DNA from: an uncultured virus (IMG/VR IMGVR_UViG_3300029931_000005)
Lineage: Duplodnaviria; Heunggongvirae; Uroviricota; Caudoviricetes
Length of the DNA: 64,000 nt
Strand: one strand, 5' to 3'
IMG/VR virus record: IMGVR_UViG_3300029931_000005
The position numbers and the translations under genes are program-made. Below are positions 1 to 9,593 of this stretch, one piece after another; position 1 is the first letter of the stretch, and each line of letters opens with the position of its first letter. Under the pieces are notes generated by a model. That model had not been told where the DNA came from, made no database searches, and was given only the letters and a program-made list of their open reading frames with translations.

Positions 1-355
1 TCCTTGGCCAGTGTGCTCAGCGCTCCCAGGCAATCGGCAAAAGCCGGGTCTAGCTTCCATTTCGTGTGATAGGTTTTGACGTTGCAGGTGTCAGGGCGGC
101 CAAACACGGCCGTTTCCGACTCGCCAGCCAGACGCGCATCCACAATGGCCAGGATGGTGCGGATCATCTTCTCCACATGTGGGTGGTTGTTGTGCGCCTG
201 GCGCAGATCGTCGAGCGCCGATCTCGCCGCTGCCTCTTTTAGCCAGCCGTCGTCCTTCTTCTCTGGCTGGGCGGGCTCCTGCCCAATAGCAGGCAAGGGT
301 GCTACCTCTTGGGTAGCGGTCGGCAGCGTGGCCATAAAATCCGCAACCTTTGGAT

Positions 356-682
356 TCACCGCCACCTACCCAGCAGCCAGCCGGCCGTACCCAGTAATAT
401 TCGGTCAACGGTGAAATGGTATTCAGGTCCGCGGTCTACGCCTTCCTGCCAGACGATGTACCCATCTTCTACCCCATGGCCACAGCAGGCAGAGATTGCG
501 CCAGGGATGTAGCCCAAACAGGCATCATGTCCAGCAGGGGTTGGTGGGCGATGGCAGAGGAAACACGGCCGTTCCTCGGCGGGATCGGTGGGCACGGGCG
601 TGCCGTCTGAGCGATAGCGCCACACCTCCACCACATCGTCATAGTAGACCTCGTGGCCACGGGAGTGCGCTCTAGCTGTCAC
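356..682 (-). CDS. Cys/His-rich phage hypothetical protein
   Basis: ORF with RPCFLC and HDACLG...ACCGHG motifs; GTG start chosen from overlap with upstream gene. Confidence 0.55.
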   Translation of the reverse strand: MTARAHSRGHEVYYDDVVEVWRYRSDGTPVPTDPAEERPCFLCHRPPTPAGHDACLGYIPGAISACCGHGVEDGYIVWQEGVDRGPEYHFTVDRILLGTAGWLLGRWR

Positions 683-1361
683 GGGCGTCCCCCATTCCAT
701 CTCGGAAACGCTCAACGGCAATTAGGTTTTCCTCATGCTGCGCCTCAAGGCGCTTAAGCTCAACATCTTTGGGGAGAGCGGTTGTCGGGTAAGGTTGCCC
801 CGTTTCGGTTCGCACAAATGTAAAGGGAGAGGCCACACCGTTGCTGAAATAGGCAGCAGCCTCCAGCGCCAACTGCAAGGTGACAATAGGGCTCATGGGT
901 TGGCCGGACTTTTGCTCAGCGTGGCGCAATCTAACCCACACGGCGACCAGGGCATATCTGTCACCGCAGCCAACGGCCTCGTACCCATCTTGAGACCGAA
1001 GGACGGAAAATTCATCAATCACCTTGTATAGTTTGCCCCTGTAGCCCACCAGGAACACCCCGCCAGTCTCCTGGCTTTCTTTTACGGCCGTAAATCCACC
1101 CTTCTTCATACACTCGCGTAATGCCGGCACAAACCGGGTGACCATGTAGGCCATGTCGTCATCACAATCGTTTTCGGGTGGGGTGAACTCATATTGCAGC
1201 AGCTGGCCCATGCGGAAACTGGTGGTATATCCCATCACAAACTCGCCCAACTTGAACACCTTGGGGGCGGCCTGAATGCGCGTGTCCCACCCCGATGTGG
1301 CCGCAGAATCGCCGCCCAGATAAACAACCCCCTTATGTTCCATTCCTACGATGCAGGTCAT
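672..1361 (-). CDS. HslV/proteasome-like Ntn-hydrolase peptidase
   Basis: N-terminal MTCIVG (Thr nucleophile after Met removal), GGDSA, KVF, AVGCG motifs. Confidence 0.8.
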   Translation of the reverse strand: MTCIVGMEHKGVVYLGGDSAATSGWDTRIQAAPKVFKLGEFVMGYTTSFRMGQLLQYEFTPPENDCDDDMAYMVTRFVPALRECMKKGGFTAVKESQETGGVFLVGYRGKLYKVIDEFSVLRSQDGYEAVGCGDRYALVAVWVRLRHAEQKSGQPMSPIVTLQLALEAAAYFSNGVASPFTFVRTETGQPYPTTALPKDVELKRLEAQHEENLIAVERFRDGMGDARDS

Positions 1362-1708
1362 ATCAAAAACCCCCCTGGTGCCAATTCGTAGACCTCCCTA
1401 CTAAGACGGCGAGCTTTATCTACTACAGCGCTAGATTTATGAGTTTCCATCCAGGCCACAAACGCCAAAGCCATTTCGTCCAAATCGTGTTTGGTTACCG
1501 CCAGAGCCTGAACGAGTTCCTCACGGGTCATGTCGCCAATAGGCTTGGCAGATTCATGGCTTCGGGACCACACATACTGTTCTGTCAAGGCGAACGACCA
1601 CTCTTCTTTGTCGCTGTCAAAATCAAACCACCGACTCAGCATACGGCCGTCATCATCAACAAATGGCTTCGCCGGTTTATCTGTAAAACCACGGATAATA
1701 TCTGTCAT
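1358..1708 (-). CDS. hypothetical protein
   Basis: ATGA-coupled ORF in minus-strand operon. Confidence 0.55.
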   Translation of the reverse strand: MTDIIRGFTDKPAKPFVDDDGRMLSRWFDFDSDKEEWSFALTEQYVWSRSHESAKPIGDMTREELVQALAVTKHDLDEMALAFVAWMETHKSSAVVDKARRLSREVYELAPGGFLI

Positions 1709-1718
1709 TACAATCGCC

Positions 1719-2354
1719 TCACTTGAGATTGATAACCTCGTCTACTTGTTCCCCGGAAGTAGTAGCAATAGCTGTATACACCCCGCCGCCTTCCTGTGCC
1801 CATGTATAGCCAGCTTCTTTTAGCACTTTGTGTATCAGCGCAGATGTTTCTGGATGCAGCTTGAAGTCTGGTAGTTGTTTACCCACCCACTCCGATATAT
1901 CCCAGTGCCCCTCATACGCCCTACTGGCTCCATGCCAGTCGGCCACCATTTCTCTCACGTCGGCATCGGGCATCGGCAACGGCCGTCCAGCCCACTGGCC
2001 ACTACGGGGAATCCAGTAACTCCAATGATGGGAGTTTCGATTTTCATGATTCAGCCAGGCCAGGGCGAAGTCGTGCTCCACCTGCCCTACGTCAAATGGG
2101 AAAGACGGCCGTGTCAGACCGCTGACATGAGGCGGGACAGCGTTCCACGCCTCCATCTCCTTTTTGTACCGGCGCAGCTCGGAATAGCGCGCATAACGGC
2201 CGAATTCAGCGAGGGTAAACTTGGTCCAGTCGTGGAAGATGAGGCGCAGGAATGGCACACCCAACTTGCGGCCTGCCAGGTAGACATACCATTTGTGCTG
2301 CCAAACGCTGATAAAGTGACGTAAATACACCGATATAAGAGTCATCGCCACCAC
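1719..2354 (-). CDS. DUF5662-like HD-type protein
   Basis: HKWYV, HDWTKF, HENRNSHHW, EMVADW motifs. Confidence 0.7.
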   Translation of the reverse strand: MVAMTLISVYLRHFISVWQHKWYVYLAGRKLGVPFLRLIFHDWTKFTLAEFGRYARYSELRRYKKEMEAWNAVPPHVSGLTRPSFPFDVGQVEHDFALAWLNHENRNSHHWSYWIPRSGQWAGRPLPMPDADVREMVADWHGASRAYEGHWDISEWVGKQLPDFKLHPETSALIHKVLKEAGYTWAQEGGGVYTAIATTSGEQVDEVINLK

Positions 2355-2716
2355 CTGTGCTTGATGTCACGCGCAAGGTCAATGATCATCAGGTATGTGT
2401 AGCCGTGCCACGAGAGAACGGATGCCAATGCCAGTACCCACGTCGGACGGCCGTTGAACAGAGATGATTCGTAAAATCGCCTGCGCATCCAGTATTCAAC
2501 GAACGTGAACGGCACCCCGATGATGTACGATTCCCAAAAGCCAATCATGCCCGCCGTCTCCCATCCCACCCTGGCTGCCTGGAATAGCACCGCCATCATA
2601 TGCCACACTATCGGAGGGGGTGGATTGGGTGGACGCCACTTCTTTTTGGATTTTCTGAGTGCAATTGATGTCATCACATTGGCTCCAGGCGCACACCCAC
2701 GTAGGGGACGCGCCAC
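2342..2716 (-). CDS. small membrane protein (start uncertain)
   Basis: hydrophobic segments; fills gap in operon. Confidence 0.45.
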   Translation of the reverse strand: MARPLRGCAPGANVMTSIALRKSKKKWRPPNPPPPIVWHMMAVLFQAARVGWETAGMIGFWESYIIGVPFTFVEYWMRRRFYESSLFNGRPTWVLALASVLSWHGYTYLMIIDLARDIKHRWWR

Positions 2717-3285
2717 TGGTTCATTGGCTCCATGTAGGCTTCCACAGCCTCTACCAATCGCATGTTGAATTTCTTGGGGGCAAGGTGCAGCATGTACTGG
2801 ATGTGCATATCGAAGAACTGGCCAGTGAGGGCGCTCATCACAGAGAGGCCATCAAAGGTCAGCCCCATTGCGTTCAGAGCCACCTGGGGAATCTTGGCCC
2901 GCTTTGGCCCTGGCCCACTACGGCCGATAGTTAGGAATACCGTCAACGGCCGTCCGTTGGCGTTGGTCAGCATGGCCACCCAATGGGTCCAGGGTGAGCC
3001 GTAGGTGTCAATGTCGATGACATTCTGCACCCAACCAGGCTGAGCCAGAATCCGGGCCGAATCGATCTGCAGCCGGCCCTTCTTGTACTTCTCGTCGACG
3101 CCCCAATAACCAGCAAGTTGGTATTCTCTCTCCAGGTGCGACCAGATCACGCGCTCTCCCTGGCAGCAGTCCAGTACGTTGGGCGGGTCTCCCTGGCCAG
3201 TGTGGTACCGGTCCAGGAAGTAGCGGCGCAGCAGCAGCTTAGGCGCCAACGTGGAATTGTCCTTTTGGTAGATCGGCTCGCTCAC
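2674..3285 (-). CDS. SAM-dependent methyltransferase-like protein
   Basis: VLDCCQG motif-I-like segment, YWGVD, IDIDTYGSPW; next to a ParB-domain gene. Confidence 0.55.
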   Translation of the reverse strand: MSEPIYQKDNSTLAPKLLLRRYFLDRYHTGQGDPPNVLDCCQGERVIWSHLEREYQLAGYWGVDEKYKKGRLQIDSARILAQPGWVQNVIDIDTYGSPWTHWVAMLTNANGRPLTVFLTIGRSGPGPKRAKIPQVALNAMGLTFDGLSVMSALTGQFFDMHIQYMLHLAPKKFNMRLVEAVEAYMEPMNQWRVPYVGVRLEPM

Positions 3286-3929
3286 GAATCCCGCTCCTCG
3301 TTGTTGGTGGTCATTTCCAGGATGACATCGGGATTGTTGGCCAGATGGTCAATAACGGCCGCAATAGCACCAAACTTAACGACGGGGATACCAATGAGCG
3401 CCCACACCATGTTTGGCGGCGGTTTGGCTACATCTAGCGGCTTGAGCTTGGCCTGGTTATTGCCCTCCCCCACTTCGCCGAGCAAAGCCATAAATTCAGC
3501 ATCGGTGAAACCCGCGGCGGCCACCATCTGCTTGTCGAAGTCCTGTACCTCTTGCAAGATGCTGGCCATCTGCACGTCATCATCCAGGCTGCGCCGGGTA
3601 TGTTCATTGTCAGCCACCAGGTATGCCATCACCTTTTGGTGCGGCCAGCTCTCCGGGATGACGCGACAGTCCAGTTCCTTGAGCCCCTCCAGTCGAGCAG
3701 CCTCACCCAGGCCATGACCAGCGACAAACACGTAACGGCCGTTGGCCTGGCGCTGCACCACCACGCTCTGTACCTGGCCACCAAACTGACGGATGCTGGT
3801 GCGCAGCCCGGCAATCTGCTCTGCCGGATGCCGTCGATAGTTCATGGGGTGGGGGTCTATCAACCCTATTTCAATTCGCTCGCTGGTAATCTGCTGTTCG
3901 ATTTCTTCTTGTTTGGCTTTAGCGGCCAT
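3282..3929 (-). CDS. ParB/Srx N-terminal domain protein
   Basis: PHPMNYRRH, LRTSIRQFG, VAGHG..AA, ADN motifs. Confidence 0.8.
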   Translation of the reverse strand: MAAKAKQEEIEQQITSERIEIGLIDPHPMNYRRHPAEQIAGLRTSIRQFGGQVQSVVVQRQANGRYVFVAGHGLGEAARLEGLKELDCRVIPESWPHQKVMAYLVADNEHTRRSLDDDVQMASILQEVQDFDKQMVAAAGFTDAEFMALLGEVGEGNNQAKLKPLDVAKPPPNMVWALIGIPVVKFGAIAAVIDHLANNPDVILEMTTNNEERDS

Positions 3930-4073
3930 TTCTTCCTCACTTCTGCCCCAAACAGGCCAATTTCATATGGCTTTCGTTTGGTTTTGCTTTGGTTTTAATG
4001 CGGAAATTCGGGGTAAATACTCGCTAATGTGGCTACGCGAAGCGCATCATCTTCTCCCCCGAAAGTCGCGCTG

Positions 4074-4334
4074 CTAGTCTGCTCCCACGTGGTAGCGCAG
4101 CACGTTGATCTGGTGACGCTGCCAGGACGTAACTGCCTTGGGTGTACGTCTGGCCTTGCGCTCCAGGATGGCTAATGCGCCCTTGCGATTCATGCGCTTG
4201 ACCTGGCCCTGAACGGTCACCGGGCTTTCCTTAAGCAGACCGGCGATGTAGCTCAACGGGTTGAACTTCCAGTGCTCCCGAATGACTTCCTCAGGCGACA
4301 AGGGACGATCTTCCACAACAGGCTTCTGGTTCAT
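4074..4334 (-). CDS. hypothetical protein
   Basis: ORF preceded by GGAGG RBS. Confidence 0.55.
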   Translation of the reverse strand: MNQKPVVEDRPLSPEEVIREHWKFNPLSYIAGLLKESPVTVQGQVKRMNRKGALAILERKARRTPKAVTSWQRHQINVLRYHVGAD

Positions 4335-4682
4335 GCGATTCCTCCATTCGATTGGTGATAAAAGTTGGGTTTAACGGCCGTGATAAAAGGCCGCATGGTG
4401 AAGATGCGGCCATCGAACTGCATAGGTAATGCAACCACGGAAAGCGGACGACCATTTAGATTGTGTTTGTAGGGGAAAGAGATGCAGCTGTCATTCCTCC
4501 CACGATTGCAAGCGCCTGCCAGCGCTGGATGCTATGTCAACTCCTGCGGAATATTATAGGCGCAAGCCCCTTACGTGTCCAGTTACGGCCGTTGCATAAT
4601 GTTAGGCGTATGGTTGCCTCGCGCTGGCGTGCGTGGGCGAGGATGGCGTCATTTTGCTCGGCGAAGGTGGTGCGGTGATGCA

Positions 4683-5123
4683 TCAGCACTCCTCCTCCCC
4701 GGCAACATCTTGCCAATCTTCCACACACTCGTCGCAGCCACCGTCGATGTCATCCTCGAAAAATAAATCTTGCACTAAATTGCCGCAGTAGTTGCATTTC
4801 TGAGGCGATAGCCTCCAGAGATTCAATAGACGGCCGCTTTTAGTTGTTTCCGATCCTTCCAGAGCGAAGCCCATGCGGGCATACCAGCCGTTGCTGGGAA
4901 GATCTGCGGGGCACTTGGCAAAAACAGACGACGCCTCGGGATGACGGCTTTTCATCGCCTGCAACATTAGCCGCCCGATGCCCTTGCAGCGTTCCCCTGG
5001 TAACACAATAATTTCACGGATGGTGAGCTGGCCATCCCTACGCAAGTGATAATGCAGCAGGCCGCCTGGCCACAGGATCAGCTCCCGTCTATCTGCGGAT
5101 TCCATAAGGGTTTCAAAAATCAT
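4683..5123 (-). CDS. GNAT-family acetyltransferase
   Basis: IREIIV..ERCKGIGRLML acetyl-CoA motif, AKCPADLPSNGWYARMGF. Confidence 0.75.
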   Translation of the reverse strand: MIFETLMESADRRELILWPGGLLHYHLRRDGQLTIREIIVLPGERCKGIGRLMLQAMKSRHPEASSVFAKCPADLPSNGWYARMGFALEGSETTKSGRLLNLWRLSPQKCNYCGNLVQDLFFEDDIDGGCDECVEDWQDVAGEEEC

Positions 5124-5326
5124 GGCTGAGACTCCTCGGCGACGGCAGTTGCATCTTCGACACGATCCAGGTCGTAAAGAATGCTCCAAAGTGCCTCGAT
5201 AACCTCGCTCTTCACCATTGCCTCAATTTTATGATTGTGTAGGTTCAGCCAGTCGCGCTCGTCGCGTAACCTCGATATTTTTTCGCGCCACCGAGCTTTT
5301 ACCTGATCAAGCGTCATCGTTTTCAT
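5120..5326 (-). CDS. hypothetical protein
   Basis: ATGA overlaps on both sides. Confidence 0.55.
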   Translation of the reverse strand: MKTMTLDQVKARWREKISRLRDERDWLNLHNHKIEAMVKSEVIEALWSILYDLDRVEDATAVAEESQP

Positions 5327-6192
5327 GATTCCTCCTGGACAACGGCCGCTGCCCGTTGATACCGCCCCCAGGCCAGCGCTGACGGCTCCTCGGGCACGGT
5401 CCACAACTGCTGCATTCCCCGACATTCCACAGGCTTGATTGCCTTCGCGTCGGGCACATGCCAGGCAAAGCGGCCAGGCGAATAGTCGCCGAAGTACGCC
5501 TCTGGAGCAGATGGTGGCATGGTGATATTGCCGTAAACGGCCGTTTCCCCATACTCTACCGGGGTGCGATAGCAGCCGGTCATGCTGCCAATGGCCAGAA
5601 TTGACCCATAGTGGAAGTGTCCGCTTTCGGTATAACCATGCGCAGCCAACGTGTCTATGATCACACTGTTAAGCTCGCGCCAGTTCACCTTGCGCTTGGC
5701 GGAGTGGATGGCCAGTGGGCCGCGGTGTTCTGTTCCCCATGAGCGGGTCTCAAATAGCTTTAAGCCCAGCGCCATGAGCGTGGCCCACGGCTCCCAAAGC
5801 GTGATGGCCTTCAACACTTTCGGCATAGCCAGCCCGTCCACACGGCCGTTGCCCCCACTCTGCTGGCGCAGCCAGGCCGCAGCCTTAACCACAACGTCAC
5901 CATGACACACTTGCGGGGCACACCAACAGATAATCGCCGTATTTTCACCGATTTTTTGCAGCTCCTCCAAAACGGCCGTTTCACCCTTCTTGATCCGCGC
6001 CCACAGGTACTGCTTGTACAGCTCAACGGCCGTTTTCCGGTCTGTCCGGTCGTCAATACGGTATGGGTTGGCCAGCGGACTGCCCGGCAGGCCGCAGCGG
6101 GGGTTGGCTCGCCCGATGTACAGCCAGTCGTCGCCGTAGGCCGATTTTATGGCATAGATGGAACCATAGAGTTTGAAGTTAACGACGGGCAT
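5323..6192 (-). CDS. DUF4326 + ASCH domain fusion protein
   Basis: N-term YIGR..SPLANPY..CWCAPQVCHGDV; C-term AITLWEPWATL..KLFETRSW..RGPLAIHS. Confidence 0.8.
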   Translation of the reverse strand: MPVVNFKLYGSIYAIKSAYGDDWLYIGRANPRCGLPGSPLANPYRIDDRTDRKTAVELYKQYLWARIKKGETAVLEELQKIGENTAIICWCAPQVCHGDVVVKAAAWLRQQSGGNGRVDGLAMPKVLKAITLWEPWATLMALGLKLFETRSWGTEHRGPLAIHSAKRKVNWRELNSVIIDTLAAHGYTESGHFHYGSILAIGSMTGCYRTPVEYGETAVYGNITMPPSAPEAYFGDYSPGRFAWHVPDAKAIKPVECRGMQQLWTVPEEPSALAWGRYQRAAAVVQEES

Positions 6193-6430
6193 CTTCCCTC
6201 TCCTTGGCTAAACGCTCGATATCATCCACAAGGGAAGCGGGCAGACTGTTCATATAGCTCTGCCAAACGTTGAACAATACCTCTGCTGCAGCAGCGACGT
6301 GGGCACGCATTGATTCAAAAACTTCGCCAATTTCCACAAAAGCCTCACGCACGAGCTGAACCTCTTCATCGGTGGGCGGGATGCCTGCTTTTACCTTTTC
6401 GACAATAGCGTCCAGATTCGGCTTATCCAT
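6179..6430 (-). CDS. hypothetical protein
   Basis: overlapping operon ORF with GGAGG RBS. Confidence 0.55.
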   Translation of the reverse strand: MDKPNLDAIVEKVKAGIPPTDEEVQLVREAFVEIGEVFESMRAHVAAAAEVLFNVWQSYMNSLPASLVDDIERLAKEREDARR

Positions 6431-6665
6431 GGCCAGCCTCCACGCCAATGAGCATGTTGCCGGGAGTCACTTCCCGAGCGCCGATCACCTTGACGCCCAT
6501 CAGCTCGACCTCTCCCCCTACCTCGCCTTCATTGACCTTGCAATGGGTAGGCTTTTTACTAAAACGCTCCACATACCGCTCGATTGCCCGGCGCAGCCGG
6601 ATTTCCAGCTTTTCGCCGCTGTTATCGAATAGTTGAATGCCATCTATTTGAATACTCACTGTCAT
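6423..6665 (-). CDS. hypothetical protein
   Basis: starts at GGAGAAATGACAG box. Confidence 0.55.
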   Translation of the reverse strand: MTVSIQIDGIQLFDNSGEKLEIRLRRAIERYVERFSKKPTHCKVNEGEVGGEVELMGVKVIGAREVTPGNMLIGVEAGHG

Positions 6666-6733
6666 TTCTCCATTGACTTGACGGCCGTGCCTGCTGCCAC
6701 GCACGGCCGTCTGCTTAAGTTTTGCCCTAGAAA

Positions 6734-7168
6734 CTAAAAGGGGATGTCGTCCTCTTCCGTGGCGGAGCCGCCAGAGGCATAGCCATCCCCGCCCTCGTAG
6801 CCGCCACCGCCACTGTCGCCGCGGCTGCTCAGGAAGCGCACGGTGCTGGCATTCACCTCAAACGATGTGCCTACGGTGCCATCCTGGCGCGTCCAGAGGC
6901 GAGGCGCGCCGGTCTGCGGGTCGGCTTTTAGCTCGCCCTCGACCAACACTTTGGAACCTTTGGACAGATATTGGTTGCAGTCTTCAGCCTGCTTGCCAAA
7001 GACAGAGACGCGGAACCAAGTGGTTGTCTCTCTCGCTTCCCCGGTGGCTTTATCTGTCCACTTTTTGCCGGTGGCCACACTAAAACTGGTCACCGCCTGA
7101 CCATCAGGGAAGTAACGCATTTCGGGGGCACCCCCCAGGTTGCCTGCAATGATCACGGTCTGAAACAT
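6734..7168 (-). CDS. ssb: single-stranded DNA-binding protein
   Basis: GNLG..PEMRY, TTWFRVSVFGKQAE, LSKGSKVLVEG, Gly-rich linker, acidic tail EDDIPF. Confidence 0.97.
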   Translation of the reverse strand: MFQTVIIAGNLGGAPEMRYFPDGQAVTSFSVATGKKWTDKATGEARETTTWFRVSVFGKQAEDCNQYLSKGSKVLVEGELKADPQTGAPRLWTRQDGTVGTSFEVNASTVRFLSSRGDSGGGGYEGGDGYASGGSATEEDDIPF

Positions 7169-7370
7169 GGATTAACCTCTCTTTGCTCGATATACAAGCG
7201 TGTTTTGGCCAATGATGTGGCCGATATAAATGTGATACACCTTTGCTCGCCCTGTCCGCTTGCGGCTACCTGGGCGAAAATGGCGAACAATTCGCTTTTC
7301 AATCCAAACTGTGGCCAGCCGCACCGCAATTATTCTCCGTTGCCAATATGGTCTGGATTTCTCGCGGGAT

Positions 7371-7652
7371 TTAACCAGCAGTCGCCGTCTCTTGCTCATT
7401 GACTTCCTCATCTTTGTTGTAGGGCTGACCATCACGTCGGATGACCTCCAGTTCATAGAGAGACATCCGCTTGCGGTAAGCGCGACCAGGGATGCGAATC
7501 ATGGCCTTGCTGCCGCGAAATTCGGTTATGGTGCCCCTGTGCTTTTTAATCTCGATTGTGCCGCCGGAGCGCTTGATGGTGATCCACTCCACCTCGTCAC
7601 CAATCTGAAACCTATCCCGAATGGTTTTGCCTTTTACCTTTTCTGCGTCCAT
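7371..7652 (-). CDS. small beta-rich hypothetical protein
   Basis: ORF with GGAGG RBS. Confidence 0.55.
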   Translation of the reverse strand: MDAEKVKGKTIRDRFQIGDEVEWITIKRSGGTIEIKKHRGTITEFRGSKAMIRIPGRAYRKRMSLYELEVIRRDGQPYNKDEEVNEQETATAG

Positions 7653-7656
7653 ATGG

Positions 7657-8196
7657 TTATCCTCCTAAAAACAGGCTCATCTGAGCCGGGTTTTTGGCAA
7701 CGGGAACGGCCGTATATTGGGCCAGCCATGCCGCCGCATCATCCACAGAAGCGGGTATCACTTCGGCCACGCGTCCGGCCTGCACCGTGCTGTACCAGCG
7801 AATGACGGCCACTGTGTAAGCCAGGGCGAGGGCAATGTCGTCGTCATCTCCCCACACGTCCCCCAGCTCGGTGTTACGGCCGTAATCGCTATCGAGCAGG
7901 GTCACCCGGTCCACCAGAGTTTCGGCCAGTGGCAGAAGACTGTGGCCATGTTTGGCATGAACAGCCTCTGCCCAGCTGTGGATCAACTCGTCGCGCCAGT
8001 AGATGTACATGCGGTCAGCAATACCCAACAGGTGTGCCGGATCGATGTCAGTCTGGCCCCGCAGCTCCTTATAAGCTGCCGCGAAAAAGTCATGGACAGT
8101 CAAGCCGCAGGGCAGTCGGAAGATGGTATTCCCGCGAGACTGCGCTTCTTTCTCCAGCCAGCGGATTTCCTCGGTGCTGATTTTTAATCTAGTCAC
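7657..8196 (-). CDS. hypothetical protein
   Basis: ORF ending in QMSLF, a beta-clamp-binding-like motif. Confidence 0.6.
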   Translation of the reverse strand: MTRLKISTEEIRWLEKEAQSRGNTIFRLPCGLTVHDFFAAAYKELRGQTDIDPAHLLGIADRMYIYWRDELIHSWAEAVHAKHGHSLLPLAETLVDRVTLLDSDYGRNTELGDVWGDDDDIALALAYTVAVIRWYSTVQAGRVAEVIPASVDDAAAWLAQYTAVPVAKNPAQMSLFLGG

Positions 8197-8554
8197 GCTG
8201 CACCAATCGGGCTTGCACTTCCATCACCGTCCAGATGAGCCAGGTGAGCAGCCAGCGCAAGTGATCGCCCAGGTTGCCCGGCTGCCCCTTGAATTTCGGG
8301 GACGTATCCGACTCGCCGCCCTTCTCCTTCATGGTCACAATCAAATTGGGTGCGGGTGGCTGCTCGGGAAGCCACTCCACCTCGGCCGTGTATACTGTGT
8401 CGGCGCGCTGCATCTCGGCCACGATTGACCGCGGCATACGGCCGTTCACCACTGGGAAGGCCACAAAGTAATGCCGCTCCCGCGTGATAGGGTTCACCCA
8501 GGCTTGCAAGTCGTGGTTGTCTGATCTTTCTTCGCGGATTGCTTGGCTATCCAT
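8189..8554 (-). CDS. hypothetical protein
   Basis: overlapping operon ORF. Confidence 0.55.
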   Translation of the reverse strand: MDSQAIREERSDNHDLQAWVNPITRERHYFVAFPVVNGRMPRSIVAEMQRADTVYTAEVEWLPEQPPAPNLIVTMKEKGGESDTSPKFKGQPGNLGDHLRWLLTWLIWTVMEVQARLVQRD

Positions 8555-8798
8555 TGGCTATTACCTCATTTAGCTGATTGAAATACGGGGTATTTAGGTC
8601 AATTTCCAGGGCTTTAAGCGCCCAGGTCCATGACTCTTTTTCGTGCTCTGGGCAGTGGGCCATTGCATCAGCCCACGTGGGATAACGGCCGTGCTGAGCA
8701 AAAAACCACTTGGCGTAATTAGGACTGTCCATGTTGTCCAGGTGAGCCAGGCGCTCGCGGTCGTATTTGGTTTCGGAAACGGTCTTTTTCTTTGCCAT
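8547..8798 (-). CDS. hypothetical protein, paralog of 20500-20787
   Basis: FFAQHGRYPTWADAMAHC matches FYYQHGREPTWADAMDHC. Confidence 0.65.
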   Translation of the reverse strand: MAKKKTVSETKYDRERLAHLDNMDSPNYAKWFFAQHGRYPTWADAMAHCPEHEKESWTWALKALEIDLNTPYFNQLNEVIANG

Positions 8799-9590
8799 TG
8801 CTATGCAGCCCTTCACTTCGCCTTGGCCGCGCCAATCCAGGCCCTGCGTTGCCCTTGCGGTACTTCTCGGTGCATTGCCTCAGCTGGGCAACTCAATGCC
8901 TTGCTTTGCCTCGGCGGCGCTCCTCAGTGCCAAGCTTTACCATTGCTGACCTGCGCCCTGCCGCTGCCTTGCATCGCGATACTCCTCATTGCCTTTGCTG
9001 CGCCGCTCTGAGCGGTTCGCTGCGTTTCGGTGCCTTTGCTTTGCCAAGCTACCCAACGCGGTGCCCTCGCAACTCTCTGCATCGCCTTGCCTTTGCTGTG
9101 GGCTTCACCGCATCGCCATTGCCATCTGTGCCTTGCTCAGCTTCGCCTTTGCTTTCTGTGCGGCACTTAACCTTGCTTTACCTTTGCTTCGCGCCACCAA
9201 GCACCTCAACTCAGCACCCGGCTTGGCCGTTGCAAAGAGATGCCATGACCCACTTCGCTTTGCCTTCGCTGTGCCGCTCACCGCCAACACGAGGCTTAGC
9301 TTGGCCATTGCTGTGCTACGCCGCTCTGAGCGGTTCGCTGCGTTTCGGTGCCGTCGCAACTCTCTGCCTCGCTTTCCTTGGCGGCGCTATGCTGAGCCGT
9401 GGCGGTGCAGCACCTAACTCTGCCTTTGCTTTGCTTTTGCCGCGCGGTACGGCGCTTCGCTCAACTTTGCCGCTGCTGTTCGACGCTATGCCATGCCTTT
9501 GCCGTACGACACATGGCCGCGCCCCGGCTGAGCCGAGCTATGCAACGCCTTTGCTGCGCAAAGCCTTGCCAGGCATCACCATGCCCCTGC
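8793..9590 (-). ncRNA. putative guide/scaffold RNA array with 5-nt periodicity (NG[C/T]NN pentamers, ~25 units)
   Basis: minus strand reads GGCAT GGTGA TGCCT GGCAA GGCTT TGCGC AGCAA A GGCGT TGCAT AGCTC GGCTC AGCCG G ...; G at every fifth base, one extra base before a GGC/GGT every 4-9 pentamers; starts right after the RAMP stop codon. Confidence 0.75.
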
Positions 9591-9593
9591 GGA

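Noticed and set aside
7172..7456. Basic 94-aa ORF upstream of ssb
   Set aside because: Start and overlap ambiguous; a shorter version may be real but cannot be supported
8793..9590. Canonical CRISPR array next to the Cas7-like gene
   Set aside because: No 23-47-bp identical repeats separated by unique spacers; the conserved part is only 2-3 nt per pentamer
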